The position numbers and the translations under genes were made by a program. A model generated the notes under the pieces. That model made no database searches. It saw nothing but the letters and a program-made list of their open reading frames with translations, and was not told the DNA's origin. Positions 1 through 9,504 of a stretch of 64,000 bases of DNA are shown here, piece by piece; positions within the stretch are counted from its first letter, which is position 1, and every line of letters begins with the position of its first letter. This DNA is from Acidobacteriota bacterium (GTDB taxonomy: Bacteria > Acidobacteriota > Vicinamibacteria > Fen-336): NCBI GenBank assembly GCA_022340585.1, contig JAJDNS010000037.1, forward strand, positions 4,834 to 68,833, read 5' to 3'.

Positions 1-1252
1 GGGCTACCGGGAGCTGTTCGCGGACCTCGAGGAGTGGCTGACCGAGATCACCGGCCTCGCCGCGGTGTCGCTGCAGCCCAACTCCGGGGCCCAGGGGGAG
101 TACGCTGGCCTCCTCACGATCCGGGCCTACCACCTCAGTCGTGGCCAGGCCGAACGCACCGTCTGCCTGATCCCGGTCTCCGCCCACGGGACGAACCCGG
201 CCAGTGCGGTCATGGCCGGATTCGAGGTGGTGCCGGTGGCGTGCGACGCCCACGGGAACATCGACGTGGTCGACCTTCGGGCGAAGGCCGACGCCCATCG
301 GGAGCGCCTGGGGGCGCTCATGGTGACCTACCCGTCGACCCACGGCGTCTTCGAAGAGGCCATCCGGGAGATCTGCCAGGCGGTCCACGACGCCGGCGGG
401 CAGGTCTACATGGACGGGGCGAACATGAACGCCCAGGTCGGCCTCACGCGGCCCGGAGAGATCGGGGCCGACGTCTGCCACCTGAACCTGCACAAGACGT
501 TCTGCATTCCCCACGGCGGCGGGGGGCCCGGCATGGGGCCGATCGCGGTGGCGGAGCACCTCGCGCCATTCCGCCCCAACCACCCGCTGGTGAAGACGGG
601 GGGCGAGCGCAGCCTCGGGGCGGTGTCCGCCGCCCCCTGGGGGAGCGCCGGCATCCTCGCGATCTCCTGGGTCTACATGAGGCTGATGGGCCCGGAGGGG
701 CTGCGGACGGCGACCCAGGTCGCCATCCTGAGCGCCAACTACATGGCGCGACGGCTGCAGCCCCACTACCCGATCGTCTACACCGGCGCCCGCAACCGTG
801 TCGCTCACGAGTTCATCCTCGACTGCCGGCCCTTCAAGAAGGCGGGGATCGAGGTCGACGACGTGGCGAAGAGGCTCATGGACTTCGGCTTCCACGCTCC
901 GACCATGTCCTGGCCGGTGGCGGGGACGCTCATGGTGGAGCCGACCGAGAGTGAGTCGAAGGCCGAGCTCGATCGCTTCTGCGACGCCCTGATCGCCATC
1001 CGCGAGGAGATCCGGGCCGTCGAGACGGGTCGTCTCCCCGTGGAGGAGAGTCCCCTCCGGAGGGCCCCGCACACCGCGCAGGCGGTCACGGCGTCGGAGT
1101 GGGACCGACCCTACAGTCGACGTCAGGGCGCGTTCCCCGCCCCGTGGGTCGAGGCGGCCAAGTTCTGGCCGGCGGTGGCGCGGATCGACAACACCTGGGG
1201 CGACCGCAATCTCGTCTGTGCCTGCCCCACCGTCGAGGAGATGGCGCGCTAG
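1..1252 (+). CDS. gcvPB: glycine dehydrogenase (decarboxylating) subunit 2, C-terminal part (5' partial at window edge)
   Basis: ORF 65..1252 is in frame with sequence from the window start. The PLP-dependent GcvP C-terminal motifs are present ([33 protein letters not shown]). Confidence 0.88.
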   Translation, partial: GYRELFADLEEWLTEITGLAAVSLQPNSGAQGEYAGLLTIRAYHLSRGQAERTVCLIPVSAHGTNPASAVMAGFEVVPVACDAHGNIDVVDLRAKADAHRERLGALMVTYPSTHGVFEEAIREICQAVHDAGGQVYMDGANMNAQVGLTRPGEIGADVCHLNLHKTFCIPHGGGGPGMGPIAVAEHLAPFRPNHPLVKTGGERSLGAVSAAPWGSAGILAISWVYMRLMGPEGLRTATQVAILSANYMARRLQPHYPIVYTGARNRVAHEFILDCRPFKKAGIEVDDVAKRLMDFGFHAPTMSWPVAGTLMVEPTESESKAELDRFCDALIAIREEIRAVETGRLPVEESPLRRAPHTAQAVTASEWDRPYSRRQGAFPAPWVEAAKFWPAVARIDNTWGDRNLVCACPTVEEMAR

Positions 1253-1280
1253 CGCGCCCCGAGTGGCCAATCGAGGGTCC

Positions 1281-1994
1281 ATGGTCGGGCGCCGCAGCCT
1301 CCGGGCCGGCGCTCCCCGCTCCCGCCGGTCGGCGCGGCCGCGCCCGCGCGGGCCCTCGGGGCCGCCCGTGCTCTCCCTCGTTCTCGTTCCGGCCGCGGCG
1401 ACGCTCGCGGTCACCCTCCTCCGCCTCGCCGGTGAGCTGCTCGAGTGGGACCCGCGGTTCTTCAGCCGGGCCCCCGGGGGAGGGCTGGCGGTCGTCGGCA
1501 TCGCGTGGCTCGTGCCGGTCGTCGGCCTCCACTTTGGCCACCGCCTCGCTCGGGCGGAGCAGAGTCCCGCCTCCCTCGCCCGCGCCGCCGGTCTGCCCCT
1601 GGCCGCCCTCGTCGTCCCGCCGATCCTCGCCCTGCTGGCTCCGCGCCTGGGCCTGGGCGGCAGCGCGACCGGCTATCTCGTGGTCTGGGCGGTTGCCGCG
1701 GTGCTGACGGTGATCGTGGCCTTCGCGGCGTGGCCCGCGCTCGGCCGCGTGCTTCTCGCCTACGCCGTCCTCGCGCGCGTCCCGGTCGTGGCGGTCATGT
1801 GGGCGGCCATCCGGGGAGCCTGGCGCACCCACTACGATGCGCCGCCCCCGGGCTTTCCGTCCGTGACCCCGACGCTGCGCTGGATGTGGACCGGGGTGCT
1901 CCCCCAGCTGACGATCTGGATCGCGTGGACCGTCGCGGTGGGGGCGCTCTTCGGCGCCCTCGGCTGGTATCTGGCCTCCCGCCACGACCGCTGA
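1281..1994 (+). CDS. hypothetical integral membrane protein
   Basis: ORF 1218..1994 has several hydrophobic helices (VVGIAWLVPVVGL, VVWAVAAVLTVIVAFAAW). ATG at 1281 chosen as start. No recognisable family. Confidence 0.45.
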   Translation: MVGRRSLRAGAPRSRRSARPRPRGPSGPPVLSLVLVPAAATLAVTLLRLAGELLEWDPRFFSRAPGGGLAVVGIAWLVPVVGLHFGHRLARAEQSPASLARAAGLPLAALVVPPILALLAPRLGLGGSATGYLVVWAVAAVLTVIVAFAAWPALGRVLLAYAVLARVPVVAVMWAAIRGAWRTHYDAPPPGFPSVTPTLRWMWTGVLPQLTIWIAWTVAVGALFGALGWYLASRHDR

Positions 1995-2053
1995 TCCCCG
2001 TGAGAGCGGTCGCCCCCGTCGGCGGCTATACTGGCTGCGCGAGGAAGATCCCG

Positions 2054-3337
2054 GTGCACACCGACATCCCGACCTATCGTGACAAGCTGACCGAGCTCAG
2101 TGACCAGCTCCGGATCGAGGGCCACCTCGGGCTGCTCCTCGTGGACGTCCGACAGCTCGCCCAGGTCGAGCACGACTACGGCTCGAAGGCCTTCGAGCAG
2201 GTCCTCTCGATGGTCACCGGGTTGATCACGGATCTGCAGGGGAAGGAGGTCCGGAGCGGCGACGTCCTCGCCCTCAACGACCACGACGGGAACGCCTTCC
2301 TGGTGTTCCTGAAGCCCCATCGGCCAGACAAGGAAGGACACGTCCCTCGCCTGGCCGACCTCGAGACGGCGGCCCGCCGTGTCGCCGACAACCTCAACCG
2401 CCAGCTGGCGGAGTTGACCTCCCCCTACCTGCGGGGCCGGCACACCGTCACCGTCGGCTACGCCATCGTCTTTCACAACCCACTGATCATGGAGGAGCGC
2501 GTGATCGCGCGGCTCGTGGGGGAGGCCTGGGAGAGCGTTCACATCCAGAAGATGCAGGCCGACTTCCAGACGCGGTGTCGTCTCCAGGACGTCCTGCTCG
2601 GGAAGCAGATCCACACCGTCTTCCAGCCCATCCAGGACCTGCAGAACGGGGGCATTCTCGGCTTCGAGGCCCTGTCGCGGGGGCCGGTCGGCTCGACGCA
2701 TCACAGCCCCCTCAACCTCTTCGAAGCGGCCGCCGCCGTCGACCTCGTGTTCGAGCTGGACCGCCACTGCCGCCGGAGGGCCATGCGCACGGCGCGGGAC
2801 CTGCCCTCACCGTACCATCTCTTCATCAACGTCGTTCCCGCCTCGATGTACGATCCCGACTTCCAGGGGGCGAGCCTGATCAAGCTTCTCGAGGGCCTCG
2901 GTCTCTCCCCGGACCGGATCGTGCTCGAGGTCAGCGAGCAGTACGCGATCGAGAACTACACGCTCTTCGCGGAGGCCCTCCAGAACTTCACCCAGCTGGG
3001 CTTCTCGATCGCGGTGGACGACATCGGCGCCGCCCACTCCGGCCTCGAGAAGATTGCCCACCTCAACCCGCGCTACCTCAAGTTCGACATTCAGCTCGTG
3101 CGCGACATCGACGAGAGCCACGTCAAGCGTGAGATGGCCCGGGCCCTCAAGACCTTCGCCGGGAAGATGGACTCGCGGATCATCGCCGAGGGGGTCGAGC
3201 GCGAGGGTGAGCGCCAGGCGCTCGTCGACCTCGGCATCGACTACGGCCAGGGATACCTGCTGGCGCGTCCCGCCGCCCTCGAGACGTTCGACCTGTCCGC
3301 CCCTCCGGCCGTGGACGACCGGGACGCGACCCGCTAG
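2054..3337 (+). CDS. signalling protein with degenerate GGDEF-like domain and EAL domain (putative c-di-GMP phosphodiesterase)
   Basis: C-terminal part of ORF 1445..3337: EAL-domain motifs (QPIQDLQNGGILGFEALSRGP, DDIGAAHSGL, GQGYLLARP) preceded by a GGDEF-like fold with no GGDEF/GGEEF motif. GTG at 2054 (alternative GTG about 2000). The upstream 1445..2053 extension is low-complexity and rejected. Confidence 0.72.
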   Translation: MHTDIPTYRDKLTELSDQLRIEGHLGLLLVDVRQLAQVEHDYGSKAFEQVLSMVTGLITDLQGKEVRSGDVLALNDHDGNAFLVFLKPHRPDKEGHVPRLADLETAARRVADNLNRQLAELTSPYLRGRHTVTVGYAIVFHNPLIMEERVIARLVGEAWESVHIQKMQADFQTRCRLQDVLLGKQIHTVFQPIQDLQNGGILGFEALSRGPVGSTHHSPLNLFEAAAAVDLVFELDRHCRRRAMRTARDLPSPYHLFINVVPASMYDPDFQGASLIKLLEGLGLSPDRIVLEVSEQYAIENYTLFAEALQNFTQLGFSIAVDDIGAAHSGLEKIAHLNPRYLKFDIQLVRDIDESHVKREMARALKTFAGKMDSRIIAEGVEREGERQALVDLGIDYGQGYLLARPAALETFDLSAPPAVDDRDATR

Positions 3338-3500
3338 CCGTTCAGGCCTCTGCGCGCCACCGCGCGGCCGGCCCGGCCGTGGCGGCCACCCGTCTGCGGG
3401 CCCGCAGGCTTCGAAGTGCAGCAGGGTCCTCGACGGGTCCCGCCCGCCCCGGCCGTGGATGCCACCGCGCGGCCTTCCTGGCTCGGACGGGGTCGGCTCG

Positions 3501-4886
3501 CTACCCCTGGGAATCGGACTTCTTGCGCTCGCGCACGAGGCGGGCGGCCTCGAGGCGGTCGGCAATGCCGCTCTCGTCGCCGCGTTCGGTGGGGTGATAG
3601 AAGCGCCGGCCGGCCAGCCCCTCCGGCAGGCAGTCCATCCCGGAGACCCCCTCGGCCTCGTCGTGGGCGTACCGGTACCCGTCGCCGTAGCCCAGGTCCT
3701 TCATGAGCCTCGTGGGCGCGTTTCGGATCCACAGGGGGACGGGCTCCGCCCGGGTTTCGAGCGCGTCCTTCGCCGCCTGACCGTAGGCCAGGTAGAGGGC
3801 GTTGCTCTTCGGTGCTGCCGCCAGGTACACGACGAGCTCGGCGAGGGCGAGCGCTCCCTCGGGCAGGCCGATGAAGTGCACCGCCTGCTGCGCGGCCATG
3901 GCCAGGACCAGCGCCTGGGGATCGGCGAGTCCGACGTCCTCCGAGGCGAAGCGCACGAGGCGGCGGGCCACGTAGAGAGGGTCCTCGCCCGCCTCCAGCA
4001 TGCGCGCGAGCCAGTACAGGCCGGCATCGGCATCGGAGTTCCGGATCGACTTGTGCAGGGCGCTGATGACGTTGAAGTGCTCCTCGCCGGCGCGATCGTA
4101 CAGGAGGGCCTTGCGCGCGAAGGCCTGCCGCATCGCCTCGAGGTCGACTCGTCGTCGCTCGTCCTCTCCCGGGCTGGCCGTCGTCACCGCGATCTCGAGG
4201 ACGTTGAGGGCGGTCCGCGCGTCGCCGTCCGACGCCCGGGCCAGGAAGCGGAGAGCGTCGTCCCCCACGTCTGCCTCGAGGGCCCCGAGCCCCCGGTCGG
4301 GATCGGCCAGGGCCTGCTCGAGGACCCGGAGGAGCTCCGCCTCGGCGAGCGGCTTCAGCACCACGACCCGCGACCGGGAGAGCAGGGCCGCGTTGACCTC
4401 GAAGGAGGGGTTCTCCGTGGTGGCCCCGATCAGGACGATGTCGCCCGACTCGACGTGGGCGAGGAGGGCGTCCTGCTGGGCCTTGTTGAACCGGTGGATC
4501 TCGTCGATGAGAACGATCGTGCGCTGCCCCCGGTGCCGTCGGCGTGCCTCGGCCGCCCGGAGAACCTCGCGCACGTCCTTCACCCCCGAAAGCACCGCGC
4601 TCATGGCCTCGAAGTGGGCCTTGGTCATGCGGCGGACGACGTGAGCCAGCGTCGTCTTGCCCGAGCCCGGAGGACCCCAGAGGATGAGCGAGCGCAACTG
4701 GTCCTGCTCGATGGCGCGCCGCAGGGGCCGCCCCGGGCCGAGAACCTCGTCCTGGCCCAGGATCTCGTCCAGCGTGCGGGGGCGGACGCGGTCCGCCAGG
4801 GGGGCGTCGGGCCGGGGCTCCGGCCCCTCCTCCGGCCCCGCCTCGGGGAAGAGCGAGCCCGTGTCCCGATCGCGCGCGCGGCCCAT
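3501..4886 (-). CDS. rarA: replication-associated recombination protein A (AAA+ ATPase RarA/MgsA)
   Basis: ORF 3501..5285. Walker [10 protein letters not shown], RarA signature ([34 protein letters not shown]-terminal MgsA helical domain). ATG at 4886 chosen because the upstream extension is low-complexity. Confidence 0.88.
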   Translation of the reverse strand: MGRARDRDTGSLFPEAGPEEGPEPRPDAPLADRVRPRTLDEILGQDEVLGPGRPLRRAIEQDQLRSLILWGPPGSGKTTLAHVVRRMTKAHFEAMSAVLSGVKDVREVLRAAEARRRHRGQRTIVLIDEIHRFNKAQQDALLAHVESGDIVLIGATTENPSFEVNAALLSRSRVVVLKPLAEAELLRVLEQALADPDRGLGALEADVGDDALRFLARASDGDARTALNVLEIAVTTASPGEDERRRVDLEAMRQAFARKALLYDRAGEEHFNVISALHKSIRNSDADAGLYWLARMLEAGEDPLYVARRLVRFASEDVGLADPQALVLAMAAQQAVHFIGLPEGALALAELVVYLAAAPKSNALYLAYGQAAKDALETRAEPVPLWIRNAPTRLMKDLGYGDGYRYAHDEAEGVSGMDCLPEGLAGRRFYHPTERGDESGIADRLEAARLVRERKKSDSQG

Positions 4887-4896
4887 GTCCGTGAGC

Positions 4897-5727
4897 CTAA
4901 CGCCCCTCGCCGCTGGCGGCGAAGCCGCGCTGGCGGGCCGCCTCGAACAGCACGAGGCCGGCGGCCACGCCCACGTTGAGGCTCTCCACCGGAGAGGCGA
5001 GGGGGATGCGCAGTCGCGCCGTCGCCCGCCGGGCGACCTCGTCGGCGAGCCCCGCGCCCTCGCCGCCGAAGACGAGAGCCACCGGCGCGGCGAGGTCGGC
5101 CTCGTCGTACCGTGTCTCCCCGTCCGCGGCGGTGGCGAAGACATTGACGCCGCGCGCATCGAGTCGATCGAGAAGCGTCCCGGCCCGGGCCGCCCTGGCC
5201 AGCGGGAGACGGAAGGCCGAGCCCATGGAGCCCCGCAGGGCCTTCCACGAGAAGGGATCGGCGCAGCCCTCCACGAGAAAGGCACCGGTGGCCCCCGAGG
5301 CCTCCGCGGTGCGGACGAGTCCCCCGAGGTTGCCGGGGTTCTGGACGCCCACCGCCACCAGGATGAGGGGGGTTCCTTCGAAGAGCCGGCCCTCGTCGGA
5401 CGGGGGGCGGTGAGCGAGGGCGAGCAGACCCTGCGAGGTCTCGGCGTCGGAGAGGACCCCGAGGAGCCGCTCGTCCAGGCGGCGCACCGGGACCCCGCGG
5501 GCGCGAAGCGCGGCCACCACCGCGGCCCCCCCCGGTCTATCCTCTCCTCTCCCGGTGACGGCCGCCTCCGTGATCGTCACCCCTGCGGCGAGCGCCTCCT
5601 CCACGAGCTTCGGGCCCTCGAGCAGGCACAGACCCCCGGTCGGACCGACACCGCGCTCCTTGAGCGCCCGCAGGCGCTTGAAGAGCGGATTGGAGCGGCT
5701 TCGAACGACCTCTTCCCGGGGAGCCAT
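4897..5727 (-). CDS. TrmH/SpoU-family RNA 2'-O-methyltransferase
   Basis: C-terminal 276 aa of ORF 4897..6243. SpoU motifs ([60 protein letters not shown]). ATG at 5727. The gene lies 10 nt upstream of rarA on the same strand. Confidence 0.8.
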   Translation of the reverse strand: MAPREEVVRSRSNPLFKRLRALKERGVGPTGGLCLLEGPKLVEEALAAGVTITEAAVTGRGEDRPGGAAVVAALRARGVPVRRLDERLLGVLSDAETSQGLLALAHRPPSDEGRLFEGTPLILVAVGVQNPGNLGGLVRTAEASGATGAFLVEGCADPFSWKALRGSMGSAFRLPLARAARAGTLLDRLDARGVNVFATAADGETRYDEADLAAPVALVFGGEGAGLADEVARRATARLRIPLASPVESLNVGVAAGLVLFEAARQRGFAASGEGR

Positions 5728-5784
5728 CGGCGTGAGAGCCGTGATAGTATCACCGGACTTTTTTCCGGAGGCGGGGACGGTTTC

Positions 5785-6267
5785 ATGGTGCTCGAAATCA
5801 AGAAGAGGCTCCAGGACGAGATCCGCACGGTCGAGTACGAGCTCAAGGTCGAGCTCCCGAAGGAGATCCTGCGGGCGCGGGAGCACGGCGATCTCCGTGA
5901 GAACGCGGAGTACAAGGCGGCGAAGGAGCGCCAGAGCTACCTCGAAGCGCGGGCGGCGCAGCTGCACCGGCGCCTCGCCGCCCTCAACATGGTGAACCTC
6001 GACCGCATCCCCCGTGACAAGGTGGGGCTCGGATCGACGGTGTTCGTGCGCCAGGAGGACAACGGCGAGGAGAAGGTGTACGAGATCGTGGTGCCCGAGG
6101 ACTCGGACCCCTCCATCGGTCGCATCTCTCCCTCCTCTCCCATCGGGAAGTGCCTTCTCGGGTGCGAGGAAGGCGACGTGGTCGAGATCCGAGTCCCCTC
6201 CGGGACGAGAGAGTACGAGATCACCCGGCTCGTCACCATTCATGACCAGGTGAAGGACGGCGAGTAG
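5785..6267 (+). CDS. greA: transcription elongation factor GreA
   Basis: 160-aa protein at the end of ORF 4657..6267 (ATG at 5785). Near-consensus GreA sequence (GDLRENAEYKAAKERQSYLEARAAQL ... VPEDSDPSIGRISPSSPIGKCLLG). Confidence 0.92.
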   Translation: MVLEIKKRLQDEIRTVEYELKVELPKEILRAREHGDLRENAEYKAAKERQSYLEARAAQLHRRLAALNMVNLDRIPRDKVGLGSTVFVRQEDNGEEKVYEIVVPEDSDPSIGRISPSSPIGKCLLGCEEGDVVEIRVPSGTREYEITRLVTIHDQVKDGE

Positions 6268-6278
6268 GGGCCGCTGGC

Positions 6279-7313
6279 GTGCCCCTGCCCGGTCTCACGT
6301 TCCTCGCTCTCGAGGGCAACCTCGGTGACCGCGTGGCCCGCCTCCCCGCCGCCGCGGGTGTTGGCCAGTTTCTCGGTGCTGGCGGCCGCCACCTGATGCT
6401 GGCCCCGACCGCGAACCTTCGGAAGTGGGCCGCCTCCCACCTCGGCCTCGGGAAGCCCCCGCCGCCCGGGCGCCGACCGAAGACCAACCTCGCTGGTCTC
6501 GCCACCTCTTTCGGGTGGGCTCGCACCAGTTCCCCCTTCGCCCAGCGCCTGCTCTACGAGCGTCTCGCTGCTCCCCTCATCCCCCTCTCGGAACGCCGGG
6601 ACCTGAAGCCCCCGGCCTTCCTCCACCTCGCGCCCCGCGACCGCTTTCCGCGGGTGACGGTGAGGGGTGGGGAGCGGGGACGGGCCGGCCTCTTCGGGCC
6701 GTTCCGGAGCCGGAGCGCGGCCGAGAAGGCTCGTGACACGGTGAACCGCCGCTTCCGCCTGCGCCCGTGCGACTACTCGTTCGAGCCCGATCCCGAACTG
6801 CCCCTCGGCGTCGGGTGCCTCTACGCGCAGGTCCGGTCGTGCGCCGCCCCGTGCCTGGCCCGGTTGAGCGAGGCGGACTACCGGGCCCTCGCGGGCCGGG
6901 CCGCCGACTGGCTGTCCGACCCCGCCGCGAGGCCCGACGCTCCCGGGGGGGTGCCGGCGACCGTCGAGGCGGTGGAGACGGCGCGCGCGGTCGTGCTCGG
7001 AGTCGGCCGGCGGGAGGTGGAGCTCTACCCGGTCCTCGGGGGACGCGTCCTCGAGGACGCCGTCGTCGTCACCCCACCGAACGAGCTGGTGGCGGCGGTG
7101 GCCCGCCTCGACTGGGCGGGGGACGGAGGCCCGGACGACTGGCCGTGGCTGGCGGCCTGGGTCGGCAGCGCCCGGGGGCGGAGCTCGTACGTTTCGGTGC
7201 GTGCGGCGGGCGCCGGGGAAGGCCTCGCCGTCGCCATCCGCTCCGCGCTTCCCGCGCGCTTCGCCCCCCCCTCGGGCGATGGTAACGTAGGGCCCTCGCA
7301 GGGGGAGGCTTGA
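6279..7313 (+). CDS. UvrC N-terminal-like protein (degenerate GIY-YIG domain plus UvrC Cys-rich region, no C-terminal half)
   Basis: Matches the UvrC N-terminus: FGPFRSRS...RFRLRPCDYS and CLYAQVRSCAAPCLARLSEADYRAL correspond to FGPFPN...RQC and [23 protein letters not shown]. The GIY-YIG block (GVGQFLGAGGRHLMLAPTANLRKWAASHL) is degenerate. Confidence 0.6.
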   Translation: MPLPGLTFLALEGNLGDRVARLPAAAGVGQFLGAGGRHLMLAPTANLRKWAASHLGLGKPPPPGRRPKTNLAGLATSFGWARTSSPFAQRLLYERLAAPLIPLSERRDLKPPAFLHLAPRDRFPRVTVRGGERGRAGLFGPFRSRSAAEKARDTVNRRFRLRPCDYSFEPDPELPLGVGCLYAQVRSCAAPCLARLSEADYRALAGRAADWLSDPAARPDAPGGVPATVEAVETARAVVLGVGRREVELYPVLGGRVLEDAVVVTPPNELVAAVARLDWAGDGGPDDWPWLAAWVGSARGRSSYVSVRAAGAGEGLAVAIRSALPARFAPPSGDGNVGPSQGEA

Positions 7314-8770
7314 AGGACTACTCGCCGCAGCGTCGGACGGCGCTCGTCTTCACCGGGAGCGGGACCAGTGGCGCCTACCACGCCGGCGTCCTCAAAGCCC
7401 TCGACGAGAGCGGCGTCAAGATCGACGTCGTCGTGGGCTCCGGCGTGGGCACGATTGCCGCCGCCTATGCCGCGGTGAGCGGGGGCTCGCGGCTGTATGG
7501 TCCGAACGGCTTCTGGCAGGGCACCGGCTGGAGCTCCTTCTACCGCCTCCGTCCCGTCCTCCGGCTGGCCTTGATCCTCCTGGGAATCTCGTTCGCGGTC
7601 TTCGCGCTGCCTCTCGTGGCGGGGCTCCTGGTCGGCCTCCTCTTTCCCCTGGTCCTCATTGCCGACCGCCTCTTCCCCGGGACCGCCTCGGGGCTGCTCG
7701 ACCGGATCTGGACCACCCCGGAAGCGCTCAGCGGGACCTATCTGGTCGCCCAGGCCGTGCCGGTCTTCGCGCTCGCCCTGCTCACCGTGGTCGTGGCCGT
7801 CGTCCTCCTGGTGCGCGACGGCCGCCGCATCCCGGAGGCGTTCGAGTCGCTGCTCGACGCTCGCCCGGGGCTCACCCGTCTCCGCAAGGGTCTCTGGGAC
7901 ATCGCCCGGGGAGCGTCGCTGTCGGGCGGTCCGCCCTCGGAGGCCGAGCTCGGCCGCCGGTACGCAACGCTCCTGACCGAGAACTTCGGTGAGCCCGGCT
8001 TCCGCGAGCTCGTCCTGCGGACGGCGGACCTCGATCGCGGCGACGCCCTGGCCTTCGTGCTCCTGCGGGAGCGACAGGCTGACGAGGCCAGTCCCCGGGC
8101 CCGTGGGGCGGGCCTGGCCGATTCGGTCGACCTGCGGGCGCGGGGCCACGACGCTCTCGTCTTCGACGCCGTGGCCACCGGCCTGCTGTGTCCCGTGGCG
8201 ATGCCGCTGCGGCGCGTCTCCTTCCCCAAGGGGGGCCCCTACGCCGGCGAGACGCACCGGCTGACCGACGCCACCTTCGTCCCGGGCAGCGGGATTGCCG
8301 AGGCCCTGGCCGCGGGGGCGGAGCAGGTGATCGTCGTGACCGGAGTCCCCGAACACCGGCTGCCGCTGGCCCGCCGGCGAGGGCCCCGGGCGCGGATGGA
8401 CGCCACCGTGCGCACCCTCGAGCAGCAGGCCGCCGGCGAGCTCAGCGCCGTCGATCGCCTCAACCGGATCGTGAGCACCCTCGGACACCGGGGGAGCGAC
8501 GGTCGTGGGGCGTGGGAGGACCCCGCCAGCGGGCGCATCTACCGCGAGGTGGACCTCTGGGTGGTGCGGCCCGAGCGCCGGTCTCTGGGGCCCATGGAGT
8601 TCGACGGAGCACGCGACCCCGCCACCGAGGTGGTGCATTCGGTCGAGGACCTTCTCGAGCAGGGCTGGCGCGACGCCTACCACCAGTTCGTGGAGCCCGT
8701 GGTCGGGCAGGCGCCCCTGCCGGAGCGCGAAGAGGGGAAGTACCGCAACACCCAGCCGGTGGATCTCTAG
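7310..8770 (+). CDS. patatin-like phospholipase family protein with a membrane segment (possibly catalytically degenerate)
   Basis: N-terminal patatin oxyanion-hole motif GSGTSGAYHAGVLKAL, then DVVVGSGVGTIAAA where GxSxG is expected. Two hydrophobic helices in the middle. ATGA overlap with the upstream gene. Confidence 0.68.
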   Translation: MKDYSPQRRTALVFTGSGTSGAYHAGVLKALDESGVKIDVVVGSGVGTIAAAYAAVSGGSRLYGPNGFWQGTGWSSFYRLRPVLRLALILLGISFAVFALPLVAGLLVGLLFPLVLIADRLFPGTASGLLDRIWTTPEALSGTYLVAQAVPVFALALLTVVVAVVLLVRDGRRIPEAFESLLDARPGLTRLRKGLWDIARGASLSGGPPSEAELGRRYATLLTENFGEPGFRELVLRTADLDRGDALAFVLLRERQADEASPRARGAGLADSVDLRARGHDALVFDAVATGLLCPVAMPLRRVSFPKGGPYAGETHRLTDATFVPGSGIAEALAAGAEQVIVVTGVPEHRLPLARRRGPRARMDATVRTLEQQAAGELSAVDRLNRIVSTLGHRGSDGRGAWEDPASGRIYREVDLWVVRPERRSLGPMEFDGARDPATEVVHSVEDLLEQGWRDAYHQFVEPVVGQAPLPEREEGKYRNTQPVDL

Positions 8771-8826
8771 GGAGAGCAGCGCGCCATGGGCGAGAGGCGG
8801 CGAGGGCCCGGGGGTGGCCTCGCCAG

Positions 8827-9375
8827 GTGATGATGCTTCCGGCGACCCAGCAGCAGATCGTGAGCCTGGGTCTTCTCGGGCTGGGGATCTACTTCACGGT
8901 GCAGCTGATCCGAGGCCTCCTCGGCTACCGGCGCTATCTCCGCGTGCGGCCGAGCGCGGTGGCGACATGGCCGGCACCCCGTCAGGCCCTGACCCGCTGG
9001 CTCGTGGCTCTCGGCGCCTTCGGTGGGGTGGTCGCCCTGTTGAATGCCTGGCTCCAGCGCCCGCCCCACCACGTCTACGGCCTGGCGGTGATGTCCGCCT
9101 ACTTCGTGGTGATGGTTCCCCTCGCGACGACGATCCGCCTCGGGATCTACCGCGACGGCATCTGGACCGAAGCCGGATTCATCCGGTGGGAGGAGATCGC
9201 CCGGGTCGCGTTCCTGGAGACGCCCGAGGTGGTGCTGCTCCTGCTCCCGCGGAGCGGCCGGGGCTCCTTCCACCTGCCCGTGCCCCCGGAGGAGTACGGG
9301 GCGGTTCGAAAGGTGCTCGCCGAGAGGTCGAGGACCGGCGAGCTGCACCTCGACCCGGCGATCCTCGGCCTCTGA
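8827..9375 (+). CDS. hypothetical small membrane protein
   Basis: C-terminal part of ORF 8188..9375 starting VMMLPATQQQIVSLGLLGLGIYF. Two to three transmembrane helices. The upstream part of the ORF is Arg/Gly-rich low-complexity and rejected. Confidence 0.5.
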   Translation: MMMLPATQQQIVSLGLLGLGIYFTVQLIRGLLGYRRYLRVRPSAVATWPAPRQALTRWLVALGAFGGVVALLNAWLQRPPHHVYGLAVMSAYFVVMVPLATTIRLGIYRDGIWTEAGFIRWEEIARVAFLETPEVVLLLLPRSGRGSFHLPVPPEEYGAVRKVLAERSRTGELHLDPAILGL

Positions 9376-9504
9376 CCCACCGTCCCCGGCCAAGGACACG
9401 ATCGCCATGGTGGAATCGTGTCCTTGGCCGAGGCATCCGGCCGCAGGCCGGTTCGGTCCTCGGAGGTTCGACTCTTTTGCGTGAAGCCGCGGTAGACTCC
9501 GAGG

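Noticed and set aside
34-954. 306-aa ORF in an alternative frame overlapping gcvPB
   Set aside because: Arg/Gly/Pro-rich low-complexity translation typical of off-frame reading of 70% GC DNA. The overlapping frame has an unambiguous GcvP match.
1086-1985. 299-aa minus-strand ORF antisense to the membrane-protein gene
   Set aside because: Low-complexity Arg/Gly/Glu-rich product with no domain signal; a GC-induced open frame.
1445-2053. 5' extension of the GGDEF-like/EAL ORF adding about 200 aa
   Set aside because: The extension is Arg/Pro/Gly-rich with no fold signal and overlaps the upstream membrane-protein gene. The domain-bearing part starts near 2054.
3338-3500. GC-rich imperfect repeats and a 14-bp palindrome (CTGCGGGCCCGCAG) between the convergent EAL and rarA genes
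   Set aside because: Most simply explained as bidirectional terminator hairpins in a convergent intergenic region; nothing suggests more.
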